From the IMG/VR virus record IMGVR_UViG_3300031088_000001: a stretch of 64,000 nt of DNA. One strand, 5' to 3'. This stretch comes from a virus. Shown piece by piece: positions 8,099-16,164 of this stretch (positions within the stretch are counted from its first letter, which is position 1; the number at the start of each line of letters is the position of its first letter). Made by a program: the position numbers and the translations under genes. A model generated the notes under the pieces. The model had not been told where the DNA came from. It saw only the letters and a program-made list of their open reading frames with translations, and did no database searches.

Positions 8099-8578
8099 AT
8101 GAGCCATAACGACAAAATCACCGAGGGCTTTGCTCGCCTGTGTGCGGCAACTGGCCGAGAAGTAAGCGAGGTGCTGCGCGAGTTCATGGTGCACACCTAC
8201 GACGAGTGCAACACGCACGGCATCAAGTTGAATGTACACGTGCGGCCGATGAACGGCGAGAACACCTCGTACCTCGCAGTTGTCGAAGTCGATCCAAAGC
8301 GCGTGCCAAAGAACATGGCGTTCATGCTGCCGGAACTGACTGGCTGGCACCTGGAAGAGGACGAGCGCTATGACTTGCCCTCGCTCATTGGTAGGACGCA
8401 ACTGGTGAAGCGTGGTCGGTGGCAGGGCGTCTACCAGCAGGACGACGATGCGTTCTTCATTCAGGAGCGCGCACTGATGGCCACAACTGGTGAGTTGATT
8501 CGCCATCGGCTAGAGCAAACATTCCAGCGCCTGATCGCACGCTTTGGTGAGCACGCAGTTGGCAGCGACGCTGTTTGA
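8099..8578 (+). CDS. hypothetical protein (159 aa)
   Basis: ORF abuts the previous stop. Confidence 0.6.
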   Translation: MSHNDKITEGFARLCAATGREVSEVLREFMVHTYDECNTHGIKLNVHVRPMNGENTSYLAVVEVDPKRVPKNMAFMLPELTGWHLEEDERYDLPSLIGRTQLVKRGRWQGVYQQDDDAFFIQERALMATTGELIRHRLEQTFQRLIARFGEHAVGSDAV

Positions 8579-8603
8579 CTACTGATTGCAGTTAAAGTGT
8601 AAA
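8574..8603 (+). promoter_or_regulatory. promoter-like element containing palindrome copy c (TACTGATTGCAGTT, 8580-8593)
   Basis: TTTGAC/TTGACT at 8574-8580, the palindrome directly after it, and TGTAAA at 8598-8603. The register is the same as in the promoter at 1450-1479. Confidence 0.4.
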
Positions 8604-8617
8604 CGCAAGGTGAGAGC

Positions 8618-9016
8618 ATGATTACCGAACTCGACACATTCCTCGATGCACCGGAAGCACGCGCAAAGGCCGACAAGGTGATTGAACGCTTGATTGCCAA
8701 GTATGGCCAGCCGTTCGACTTCGGTCGCAATCGCCTTGTGTTTGCCAACGACCGTATCGTCTTCAAGTTCCCGCGCAACCTCGCTGGTGAAACTGACAAC
8801 TGCTGGGAGGGTAGCTGTCAGGGTCCAACGAAAGCACGTGGGAAACGCTTGGTAGTAGACGGGTTCATCTGCGTTATGCAGGAACGGTTGCAGCGCATCT
8901 ACGCTGACGTACCGAGACCCGAAGTGCTGCCCAAGTGGACAGACAGTGTGGACTGTATGCAAGTCGGTTACGATAAACACGGGTGCCTGAAAGTTTACGA
9001 CTACGGGCCTCGATAG
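8618..9016 (+). CDS. hypothetical protein with weak protein-kinase-like motifs
   Basis: RIVFKFPRNLAGETDNCWE resembles a VxK...E N-lobe pattern. ICVMQE is hinge-like. DCMQVGYDKHGCLKVYDYG resembles a catalytic-loop and DFG-like segment. At 132 aa it is far too short for a canonical kinase. Confidence 0.55.
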   Translation: MITELDTFLDAPEARAKADKVIERLIAKYGQPFDFGRNRLVFANDRIVFKFPRNLAGETDNCWEGSCQGPTKARGKRLVVDGFICVMQERLQRIYADVPRPEVLPKWTDSVDCMQVGYDKHGCLKVYDYGPR

Positions 9017-9030
9017 AAAGGACTACGAAC

Positions 9031-9609
9031 ATGAGCGAGACCCTGTTCACCTCGGACCTGCATTTCTACCATGAGCACATCTGCACCTACAACCCACGCC
9101 CATGGACGAATGCTGAAAACACCGAGCGCTTGATCGACGTTTGGAACTCGCAAGTTCGCCCGGGCGATACCGTCTACCACGGCGGTGACTTCTCGTTCCT
9201 CAAAGCGCGTGAAGTTGATCGCCTTGAGCATCTGGTTGAAGCGCTTAACGGCAACAAGATTTTCATTCTGGGTAACCACGACCACATCGAACTGTGGAGT
9301 GAGCTACGCAAGCGCAACCTGAGTCGCGTGCGCAGCATCACCGACAGCAAGTGGATCAAGGTGCACGGCAAAGACATTGCCATGTGCCACTACCCGTGGG
9401 AAGTCTGGCGCAATAGCCATTACGGCTCGTGGCATCTGCACGGCCACTGTCATGGATCAATGCCTCAACGCGGGAAGCGACTCGACGTTGGCATCGACAA
9501 CCACCCACAGCATAAGCTGTTCACCTTTGAAGAAATCAAGGCCTACATGGACGCTCAAGAAGTATGGGCGCCAGATGGGCACAAGGTACGAATCAAGGAG
9601 ACTGTATGA
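9031..9609 (+). CDS. calcineurin-like metallophosphoesterase
   Basis: The ordered motifs SDLHFYH, GGDFSF, LGNHDH, a CHYP His, and HLHGHCHG match the DxH / GDxx / GNHD / H / GHxH signature. ATG is preceded by GAAAGGA. Confidence 0.8.
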   Translation: MSETLFTSDLHFYHEHICTYNPRPWTNAENTERLIDVWNSQVRPGDTVYHGGDFSFLKAREVDRLEHLVEALNGNKIFILGNHDHIELWSELRKRNLSRVRSITDSKWIKVHGKDIAMCHYPWEVWRNSHYGSWHLHGHCHGSMPQRGKRLDVGIDNHPQHKLFTFEEIKAYMDAQEVWAPDGHKVRIKETV

Positions 9610-10172
9610 ACCTGTTGGCGCGTATTAAATCGCTGCTCGCTGAACCTGAACCGTCTTTCGCAGATGCTGCCGTGCAGTTTGTGGCTGACCATCTGCTGGA
9701 CAACAATGCAACCCTGCTTATCACCGACGCCCACATGCGCGAGACGTATATCGCCCTCGTGAAGAAGCTGCGGCCAATGGAGGGAGGTGCGCTCAACGTA
9801 GCCAGTCTGGAAACGGTCGGTGCTATGGAGACTGCGATCATTGTCCACAGCCACTTCGATCAGGCGTTGTTGCATGACGCCTTGATGACCGCGAAGAACG
9901 TTGTGGTGATTGTCGCTGAGCACAAGCACAATTCGGAGGTCAGCGAGCTGGAGTACACGCGCCAACGGTTTGACCTACACGAAATCGACTTCGCCTACTA
10001 CAGGCTGGCGGAGAACCCGCGACGGGCCGATCCAGACATTGCTCACCTTGAGATTGAGCTGGATGCCTTGTGCGAGCAACTCAATGAGGTAGATGTATGC
10101 GCCAACCTGACTTCCACAACCGAGTCGTCGCCATTCGGAAAGCCATCGGGGATTTCACACCTGGCGAGCTAG
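9606..10172 (+). CDS. hypothetical protein (188 aa)
   Basis: Internal ATG after AAGGAG. ATGA-coupled to the phosphoesterase gene. Its 3' end overlaps the next gene by 76 nt. Confidence 0.55.
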   Translation: MNLLARIKSLLAEPEPSFADAAVQFVADHLLDNNATLLITDAHMRETYIALVKKLRPMEGGALNVASLETVGAMETAIIVHSHFDQALLHDALMTAKNVVVIVAEHKHNSEVSELEYTRQRFDLHEIDFAYYRLAENPRRADPDIAHLEIELDALCEQLNEVDVCANLTSTTESSPFGKPSGISHLAS

Positions 10173-10651
10173 TTCGGTGTGAGCGTGACGCAAAGCACGC
10201 CCTGATCTGGAAGAAAAACAAAGACACAGGGAAGCAGGTGAAGGAGACGCTCACCACTTCCCAATTCGTTGAGCACTGTTATGACGTTCCGCATTACGAT
10301 TCCATCCTATCGGCGCTGCGAGCACATGCTGATACTTTCGGTATCATGTATTCTGTTGGCACTGGCACTTACCGCGTCGTTGGCTTTCGTTTTGGTGCTG
10401 CGTGTCGTGTCGCTGTTCCTGTCTTCGAAGGCGGGAAAGTGGTTAAGCAACGTTACGTCACGTCCACAAAGCACCTGAACATTGCCGCCAAGTCATTCGA
10501 CCTGTGCGTGTACAAGCTGTTTGCACGCGCTGTCGTTGGTGACCTGTACGGCTATTACTACCACAAACAAGTCGAACGTCTCTACTGGGACGGGATCATT
10601 GGCGAGTTCAGAACGGAAGTGGTTGAACTCAAGACATTAAGGAAAACCTGA
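10097..10651 (+). CDS. hypothetical protein (184 aa)
   Basis: ATG preceded by GAGG. Hand-counted GC3 is similar in both frames across the overlap, so the start is uncertain. Confidence 0.55.
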   Translation: MRQPDFHNRVVAIRKAIGDFTPGELVRCERDAKHALIWKKNKDTGKQVKETLTTSQFVEHCYDVPHYDSILSALRAHADTFGIMYSVGTGTYRVVGFRFGAACRVAVPVFEGGKVVKQRYVTSTKHLNIAAKSFDLCVYKLFARAVVGDLYGYYYHKQVERLYWDGIIGEFRTEVVELKTLRKT

Positions 10652-10652
10652 A

Positions 10653-10925
10653 ATGGTGCGTACCTTGCTTCGGGCATTTCGGAAGCCCATCCCAACGCGC
10701 TCACAACTCAACGATGTACTGGCAGCGTCGAAGGACGTCCTGCTTAACTGCGGTACCGAAGAAGCGGAGAAGACTATCCGTGCAGCGCTGCGTAAGTATC
10801 GCCTGCCGGGTCGGCCGAGCATCCGCTTCGTTCCGGGTCGCAACTGCTACCACGTGTCGCTGATCGCCAACGGATTCAGCGGTGAAGCACGCATCGACGT
10901 GCCCAAGTCCGTAGGCGGATTGTAA
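10653..10925 (+). CDS. hypothetical protein (90 aa)
   Basis: ORF starts 2 nt after the previous stop. Confidence 0.55.
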   Translation: MVRTLLRAFRKPIPTRSQLNDVLAASKDVLLNCGTEEAEKTIRAALRKYRLPGRPSIRFVPGRNCYHVSLIANGFSGEARIDVPKSVGGL

Positions 10926-10934
10926 GGAGAAACC

Positions 10935-11453
10935 ATGTTCATTCTTTGCTTGAAAGACTGCACACCTTGGCCAGACAACGGCAACGAAGTCAAGTTCAGG
11001 GCAGGCACCGTCTTTGCCGTCAAATCCGTGAACGATGGTATCGCTAAAGTTCGGCAGTGGCCTGAAGACGCAACCTTCTTCGGTCGTGTTGCCAACCACG
11101 TGCTCGGGTCTATCGACTACGCGGATATGCCCGAGGTACCGCAATACATCTTCCGTCCAGAGCATGGGCGCCAGACGTATGTAGCACAGCATCATCGCTT
11201 GGTACCGTGGATGGAGCTGATGAAGAGGATGCTCCAGAAAACGGCAATGCACGGAATCACTGTTACCCAGATCGTACGGGAGAACGGTAGCAAAGAAAGC
11301 TACGCGCTCCACGCTCTGGATGAATTCACCATTCGTACTATCACGCGACTGCCCAGGGGTAGTAAGCCTGAGTTTGAAGCTGTACTGTGGTCCAACGAAC
11401 AGGCGTACACCATACGCTTCGATCATCCAAAAGAGATTCTCGGAGACCAATAG
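10935..11453 (+). CDS. hypothetical protein (172 aa)
   Basis: ATG preceded by AAGGAGA. Confidence 0.6.
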   Translation: MFILCLKDCTPWPDNGNEVKFRAGTVFAVKSVNDGIAKVRQWPEDATFFGRVANHVLGSIDYADMPEVPQYIFRPEHGRQTYVAQHHRLVPWMELMKRMLQKTAMHGITVTQIVRENGSKESYALHALDEFTIRTITRLPRGSKPEFEAVLWSNEQAYTIRFDHPKEILGDQ

Positions 11454-11487
11454 CCCAGTGACGGGCAGAACACGGAGGGGTTAGCAA

Positions 11488-11712
11488 ATGCGTCACCTGA
11501 TTGATCGCGTTGTTGAGTTAACCGATGGCCCCGTTGTGCTGCACTCACTGGCTGACAACAAGATGCTGGTTGTGCAGAAAGGGGATCGACTGATACTGGT
11601 CGACCTCAACCAAGAACTGCACGCCCAGTTGACCACCGTTGTGTTTCGGGTCAACGGTGAGGTGTACAAAACCGAAATGGACTTTCCAGACATTCTACTT
11701 ACTGAGGTATAA
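11488..11712 (+). CDS. hypothetical protein (74 aa)
   Basis: ATG preceded by GGAGGGG. Confidence 0.55.
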   Translation: MRHLIDRVVELTDGPVVLHSLADNKMLVVQKGDRLILVDLNQELHAQLTTVVFRVNGEVYKTEMDFPDILLTEV

Positions 11713-11713
11713 C

Positions 11714-12010
11714 ATGAACCAGAACGCATCTACCCTGGGTTTCAGCGCGATTGCTCCAGACGCCGTACTGATGTTTGATCGCGAAGTGAGCTTGGGCGTA
11801 GTCCCTGCTGGCGTGCGAGTTGCAGCCCGCGAGGAAAGCGAAAACACCTACATGATTGTCTTCCGCTCCAAGGATGACGAAGAGTTGGCCGTTGCATCTG
11901 CAATCGACTTCTCCAACTCCGTGAAGGGATTCGACACTGAAATCCATCGCCACTTCGACGATCAGTATGCCTACGCCATTGTCATGGTGAGGCCTGTGAG
12001 GCTAAAATGA
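11714..12010 (+). CDS. hypothetical protein (98 aa), possibly related to the N-terminal part of the next two genes
   Basis: Internal ATG of ORF 11639-12010 after GAGG. YMIVFRSKDDEELAVASAIDFSNSVKGF loosely resembles DIVFRIEGDAAHVKEAREAIGEFVKSVG in the next gene. Confidence 0.55.
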   Translation: MNQNASTLGFSAIAPDAVLMFDREVSLGVVPAGVRVAAREESENTYMIVFRSKDDEELAVASAIDFSNSVKGFDTEIHRHFDDQYAYAIVMVRPVRLK

Positions 12011-12513
12011 GCCAAGATAAAGTATACCCGTTCAACGACCAGCTCCATCCAGAAGGGTTGTTCGCGGGTGCGATGCTCCCGGCACTTCCACAGATTGCCG
12101 TTGCGCTGTCTGTCGGTAAAAGCAACATGGTGCCAATTCGCATTGACGAGGACGACGTCCTGCATCTGGGCATCTTCGCGCAGACCAAGACTAGCCCGAT
12201 CACTGACATTGTGTTTCGCATCGAGGGTGATGCCGCACACGTCAAGGAAGCGCGTGAAGCAATCGGCGAGTTTGTGAAGTCGGTGGGCGCAAGCCTGCAC
12301 GACAGCGACAAGCACCTGTGTGTTCGTGAGGTGCACAGCCGATATACCACCACGGTGTTCTACATCGTCCGCTTCTACTTCAACATCGACTTCGATTGTA
12401 CCGAGCATCCCGAAATGCGACTCGGCGAAGAAACCAGGCCGTACCTGTGCCCAGTGTGCGGTGCAATGCAAATCAGTGGCGTTCCACATATCGCAGGAGA
12501 TAACCATGACTGA
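12007..12513 (+). CDS. hypothetical protein with a C-terminal C/H-CPVC zinc-binding-like motif (paralog 1)
   Basis: C-terminus FYFNIDFDCTEHPEMRLGEETRPYLCPVCGAMQISGVPHI. ATGA overlap upstream. Confidence 0.65.
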   Translation: MSQDKVYPFNDQLHPEGLFAGAMLPALPQIAVALSVGKSNMVPIRIDEDDVLHLGIFAQTKTSPITDIVFRIEGDAAHVKEAREAIGEFVKSVGASLHDSDKHLCVREVHSRYTTTVFYIVRFYFNIDFDCTEHPEMRLGEETRPYLCPVCGAMQISGVPHIAGDNHD

Positions 12514-13057
12514 GCAAGTAGACAAGCTGGTAGTGTTCGCAGGCAAGTACACAGAAGCGAAGTTTGGCGAGCTGGACATTCCGGTGTTCCCGCAGACCGA
12601 GCACATGAGCGTTGACTTGGTGAACTCCAAGAACGCCATCCAGCCGCTGCGCTACAAGACTGGCGACATTGTGATTCAGGAGCTGCAGGGCGACGTTGCC
12701 GAGAAGCCTGTGTTCGACATGGTCTTCCAGTTGTTCGGCACGCCTGAGAACGTCGAAGCCAGCAAGAAAGCCATCGGTGACTGGGCAAAGGCCTGGGTGC
12801 CAACGCTCGAAGCTGCAAACGTGCATCTGGCACAGCGCTACCTGTACTCGGACAACCCGAAGTACAAGAAAGGTGGCGAGGAGTATGTTGAAGGTGGTGT
12901 GCTGCGCGTGCTCTGGATTCGCCTGTACAACAACGCCGACTTCGACTGCACCGAGCACCCTGAGTTCCTCGGCGGCGAACCGATCGGTATGTACCACTGC
13001 CCAGTCTGCAACGATATGCAGATGGCTGGCATGCCGCACGTCAAAGACGAGGAGTAA
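12506..13057 (+). CDS. hypothetical protein with a C-terminal C/H-CPVC zinc-binding-like motif (paralog 2)
   Basis: Internal ATG of ORF 12320-13057 after GGAGA. C-terminus LYNNADFDCTEHPEFLGGEPIGMYHCPVCNDMQMAGMPHV aligns with the previous gene. Confidence 0.65.
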   Translation: MTEQVDKLVVFAGKYTEAKFGELDIPVFPQTEHMSVDLVNSKNAIQPLRYKTGDIVIQELQGDVAEKPVFDMVFQLFGTPENVEASKKAIGDWAKAWVPTLEAANVHLAQRYLYSDNPKYKKGGEEYVEGGVLRVLWIRLYNNADFDCTEHPEFLGGEPIGMYHCPVCNDMQMAGMPHVKDEE

Positions 13058-13060
13058 CCC

Positions 13061-13453
13061 ATGGCCGTCATCTTGTCTGACGCACAGATGGCGATTATCA
13101 AGAAGGCTCTCCGCAACGCTGACACGTACGGGCTTAGTCTCGCACGCCAAGCGTTGGAGAGCTTGACTGAACAATCGCTGGAAAAGCGCGTGAAGGAACG
13201 GTTCAAAGGGTTGGACAACTACGTGGACGAGGATGAAATCCGCACCATGTCGTTCAACCTCAATCAGATGGAGCAAGGCCTGAACGGGGCGCAAGCTATC
13301 GAGGTGATGCTGGAGCACGTCACACCGGGCGCGTACTCGCCACAAGTGTACAGCGAAGCATATCGCCGACGCGAAAAGGGTGAGCGCAAGTTTACCCTGC
13401 CCAACACAGACGAAACCAAGAAACGTCGTGGTAGCGACGAAGAAATGGAATAG
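13061..13453 (+). CDS. hypothetical protein (130 aa)
   Basis: ORF 3 nt after the previous stop. Charged and helical. Confidence 0.6.
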   Translation: MAVILSDAQMAIIKKALRNADTYGLSLARQALESLTEQSLEKRVKERFKGLDNYVDEDEIRTMSFNLNQMEQGLNGAQAIEVMLEHVTPGAYSPQVYSEAYRRREKGERKFTLPNTDETKKRRGSDEEME

Positions 13454-13490
13454 TGTGAAGTAGATAGACAGGAAGTTCTGGAGCTCGAAC

Positions 13491-14171
13491 ATGAAAGTAC
13501 CACCGTCCTACTTGGCGTTGCTGGAAGACATTATCGCAACGTTACCCGTAGACCAAACGCAACCCACCCACTACTGGCTGTACCGCGGTCGAGACTGGCC
13601 TAAGCTCTCGAAGCAGTTCCGTGAGGCCGTCGTACAGCGCAAAGAGACGCTGACGGTCACACTGAAAGAGTTTGCCAAGCAGTACAAGGCCTACGACGTC
13701 TGGAGCGCGTGGCATCCACTGTCTGGTCTGATCTGCGAAGGCCTGATCTACGATTCGCCAATCGACGTGTGCCACGGCCTGTTGAACGTCGAGTCGTATC
13801 AGGAAGTCGAGTACGAGGGTGTCACCCGTATCGCGTGCAAACCCAACAAGCCTGCGAAGGCTGGTGCCAAGTTGTTTAAGGCGTTGAAGACACTGCAAGA
13901 CGCTGAGGCCTCGCCTGTCGAGTTCAGTGACTTCGTGCTATCCCACTTTGAAATCTGGCGAGGCATGGGGTCCTCCGTGATTCGAGGTGAGCGCACTGCC
14001 GTGATACCACCAAAGGTCTACGACACGGCGCTGGGGTTGTTTATCAGCACGCCAAGCGATAGACTGTACGAAATGCCGCAGAGCCTTGAACAGGTCACTG
14101 CAACCGCTTTGTCTTTCGCGTCCGAGATTGACGCATCCATCAAACGTAGCCGCAATACCACTGGGGAGTAA
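13491..14171 (+). CDS. hypothetical protein (226 aa)
   Basis: ATG preceded by GGAG. Confidence 0.6.
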   Translation: MKVPPSYLALLEDIIATLPVDQTQPTHYWLYRGRDWPKLSKQFREAVVQRKETLTVTLKEFAKQYKAYDVWSAWHPLSGLICEGLIYDSPIDVCHGLLNVESYQEVEYEGVTRIACKPNKPAKAGAKLFKALKTLQDAEASPVEFSDFVLSHFEIWRGMGSSVIRGERTAVIPPKVYDTALGLFISTPSDRLYEMPQSLEQVTATALSFASEIDASIKRSRNTTGE

Positions 14172-14175
14172 CACC

Positions 14176-14487
14176 TTGAACCGTTCCGTATATTCGTCCC
14201 GCACCGCTGACAAATTCGTCGTTCGCCTTCCTGATGGTATGCGTGAGCGTATCGCCGAAGTGGCACGCAATCATCACCGCAGCATGAACAGCGAAATCAT
14301 CGCACGCCTGGAGCAAAGCCTCGTTCAGGAAGGTGCGCTGGGTGACGAGCCGCAATTGCGCATGGACAGCCCAGAGCTGAGCCTGCATGAGCGCGAACTG
14401 CTCAAGTCCTTCCGTGCTCTGGACCCACGCAAGCAAAGCGCGCTCGTGGCACTGATCGCACCTGAGGGTGCAGTCGAGCGTGATTGA
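14176..14487 (+). CDS. Arc/MetJ-type ribbon-helix-helix DNA-binding protein
   Basis: [37 protein letters not shown] closely follows the Arc repressor pattern (...RSVNSEI..R...S.). I chose the in-frame TTG at 14176, which has GGGGAG upstream, to avoid an 86-nt overlap. Confidence 0.75.
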   Translation: MNRSVYSSRTADKFVVRLPDGMRERIAEVARNHHRSMNSEIIARLEQSLVQEGALGDEPQLRMDSPELSLHERELLKSFRALDPRKQSALVALIAPEGAVERD

Positions 14488-14590
14488 CCGCATCAATATG
14501 CTGGCCGTGTACATGCGTATACGGCTAGAGGAACGACGCCAGCGTAAACAGCGTCGGCGCGCCAAACGTGCAAACAAGAAGGCTCAGTGA
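14480..14590 (+). CDS. possible small Arg/Lys-rich peptide (36 aa from GTG, or 30 aa from ATG 14498)
   Basis: Below the 60-aa cutoff of the ORF track. Sequence [40 protein letters not shown] lies 9 nt upstream of the GTG, which overlaps the Arc-like stop. GC3 is about 60%. Confidence 0.3.
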   Translation: MIDRINMLAVYMRIRLEERRQRKQRRRAKRANKKAQ

Positions 14591-14628
14591 CGGTTGTCAT
14601 TGGGCCTTTCCTCTTAAGGAACTCGAAC

Positions 14629-14958
14629 ATGCAGATGAAGTACATCGTGGTCACGGCAACGAACCGTGATCTGGAGCAGGATTACGAACTGATCCTGTTG
14701 TTCCCGTGCGTCATTACCCACAAGAACTTCTTCGAGACCGTCTACCGTATGGGTCGCCAACGCCACGGTATGCGCATCGACGTGGAAGATGTTGTCAGTG
14801 CTGGCTTCGTGCGCTTCGGCTCGGCAGGGCTTGAGTGCTACGGCGAGAGTGAATCACTCAACAAGAAATCGCGACCGATTGATACTGCCATTCTCCAGAA
14901 CCAAAGCGAATACGCCCAGTCATCGCAGGTGAAATACCATGAACGTTTCCTCCGCTGA
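14629..14958 (+). CDS. hypothetical protein (109 aa)
   Basis: Internal ATG of ORF 14587-14958 after AAGGA. Confidence 0.6.
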   Translation: MQMKYIVVTATNRDLEQDYELILLFPCVITHKNFFETVYRMGRQRHGMRIDVEDVVSAGFVRFGSAGLECYGESESLNKKSRPIDTAILQNQSEYAQSSQVKYHERFLR

Positions 14959-15364
14959 GATTGTTTGGTGTATCGTGGCCTTTCTGTTCTGCCGCGCGTA
15001 CATGCTCGCCACCACGTGGATGCTGGTGTGCTCGACTGCCGGTGAACTGAGTCTGCACCGTATGGGCATCACGCAAGCGAACGCTCGCTACCTGAGCCTG
15101 TCGTACCGCGATTATGGCAAAGAGGTTCTACGGCACTTCTTCCTGCCACTCGCGGCATTCAGCCCAGTACGTGTCGGTGATGGTCGCTTGGTGGCGCACG
15201 GTCGCTGGGGCATGTACAAGTTTATGAAACTCCGCCACATCAAAGGTGACCCGATGGCAATCCCGTTCCGAGAGACGGTGCTGAACGTCGGGTACCACGA
15301 ACTGCAAAAGATGCCGGGCGCGAAGCTCCGCATGATCGAAGACGGCTTCAAGGTAGAAGGATAA
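14939..15364 (+). CDS. membrane protein (141 aa)
   Basis: N-terminal hydrophobic segments IVWCIVAFLFCRAYMLATTWMLVC. AGGTGA upstream. Confidence 0.55.
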   Translation: MNVSSAEIVWCIVAFLFCRAYMLATTWMLVCSTAGELSLHRMGITQANARYLSLSYRDYGKEVLRHFFLPLAAFSPVRVGDGRLVAHGRWGMYKFMKLRHIKGDPMAIPFRETVLNVGYHELQKMPGAKLRMIEDGFKVEG

Positions 15365-15369
15365 GCACC

Positions 15370-16164
15370 ATGGCCAAGAAAAACCCACTCACCTCGTTGT
15401 TGGTAATGCTGCGCAAGCACTACCCGAATTCTGTCCAGCTGGGCGTTGACGAGGACTTCATCTACTTCAACGACTCCAACGTGACGATCAAGGCGAATGC
15501 GCACGGCCGTGGGGGTGTGACGTTGCAACTGGGCAACATGGTGCGGCATCACCGCATGCCGACGTACATTCTGGCAGCACTCACTGCAATGCGCCTCATC
15601 GAAGCGCAGCTCCGTATCCCGGCGCAACATAATCCAGGGTCGCGCCGACTGCACTTCCATGATGCCTATCTGGAAGCTGTTCGCGCAATCCCAGGGTACG
15701 AAAAGGTGAAAGCCAAGATCGACCCTAAGCGCAATCCGGGCAACGACATTGTGCTGGACTTCACCTACGATGGGCGTGCGCTGTTCCGTGTAGACGTTGG
15801 CCTGTTCTCGTCCGATCTGGGCCGCACGTGCGGTCAAGGTGCTGAGTGCGCCACGTTCTTCTGCAACAACTTCGGCACTGAGTTTCACACGCTGGAGGAG
15901 CTGCTCAAGCTGCTCACGGACGAATCGCGTCCAGCACCGCGTGAAGTGGATGCACAATACGATGGCAACCGCGTGTGCTTCCTCGCAGACTCGCACTTCG
16001 CCAGCTCGTTCATCTACCTGACAGCCAGAGGGTACCGCAACTTCAAGGCCCACAAGGTCGTTGTCGCTGGACGAGTGGACAGCAAAGAAACGGTGATCGC
16101 CAAGTTCCTGAACAGCGACACTGAACATACCGTGTACGTAGGAGAAGGAACCAATGACTTCTGA
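15370..16164 (+). CDS. hypothetical protein (264 aa), N-terminal region similar to the next gene
   Basis: LRKHYPNSVQLGVDEDFIYF...AHGRGGVT compares with LKKLYPQMQFELRDFGGQQAVYL...ANGGGTY in 16154-17011. Confidence 0.6.
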   Translation: MAKKNPLTSLLVMLRKHYPNSVQLGVDEDFIYFNDSNVTIKANAHGRGGVTLQLGNMVRHHRMPTYILAALTAMRLIEAQLRIPAQHNPGSRRLHFHDAYLEAVRAIPGYEKVKAKIDPKRNPGNDIVLDFTYDGRALFRVDVGLFSSDLGRTCGQGAECATFFCNNFGTEFHTLEELLKLLTDESRPAPREVDAQYDGNRVCFLADSHFASSFIYLTARGYRNFKAHKVVVAGRVDSKETVIAKFLNSDTEHTVYVGEGTNDF

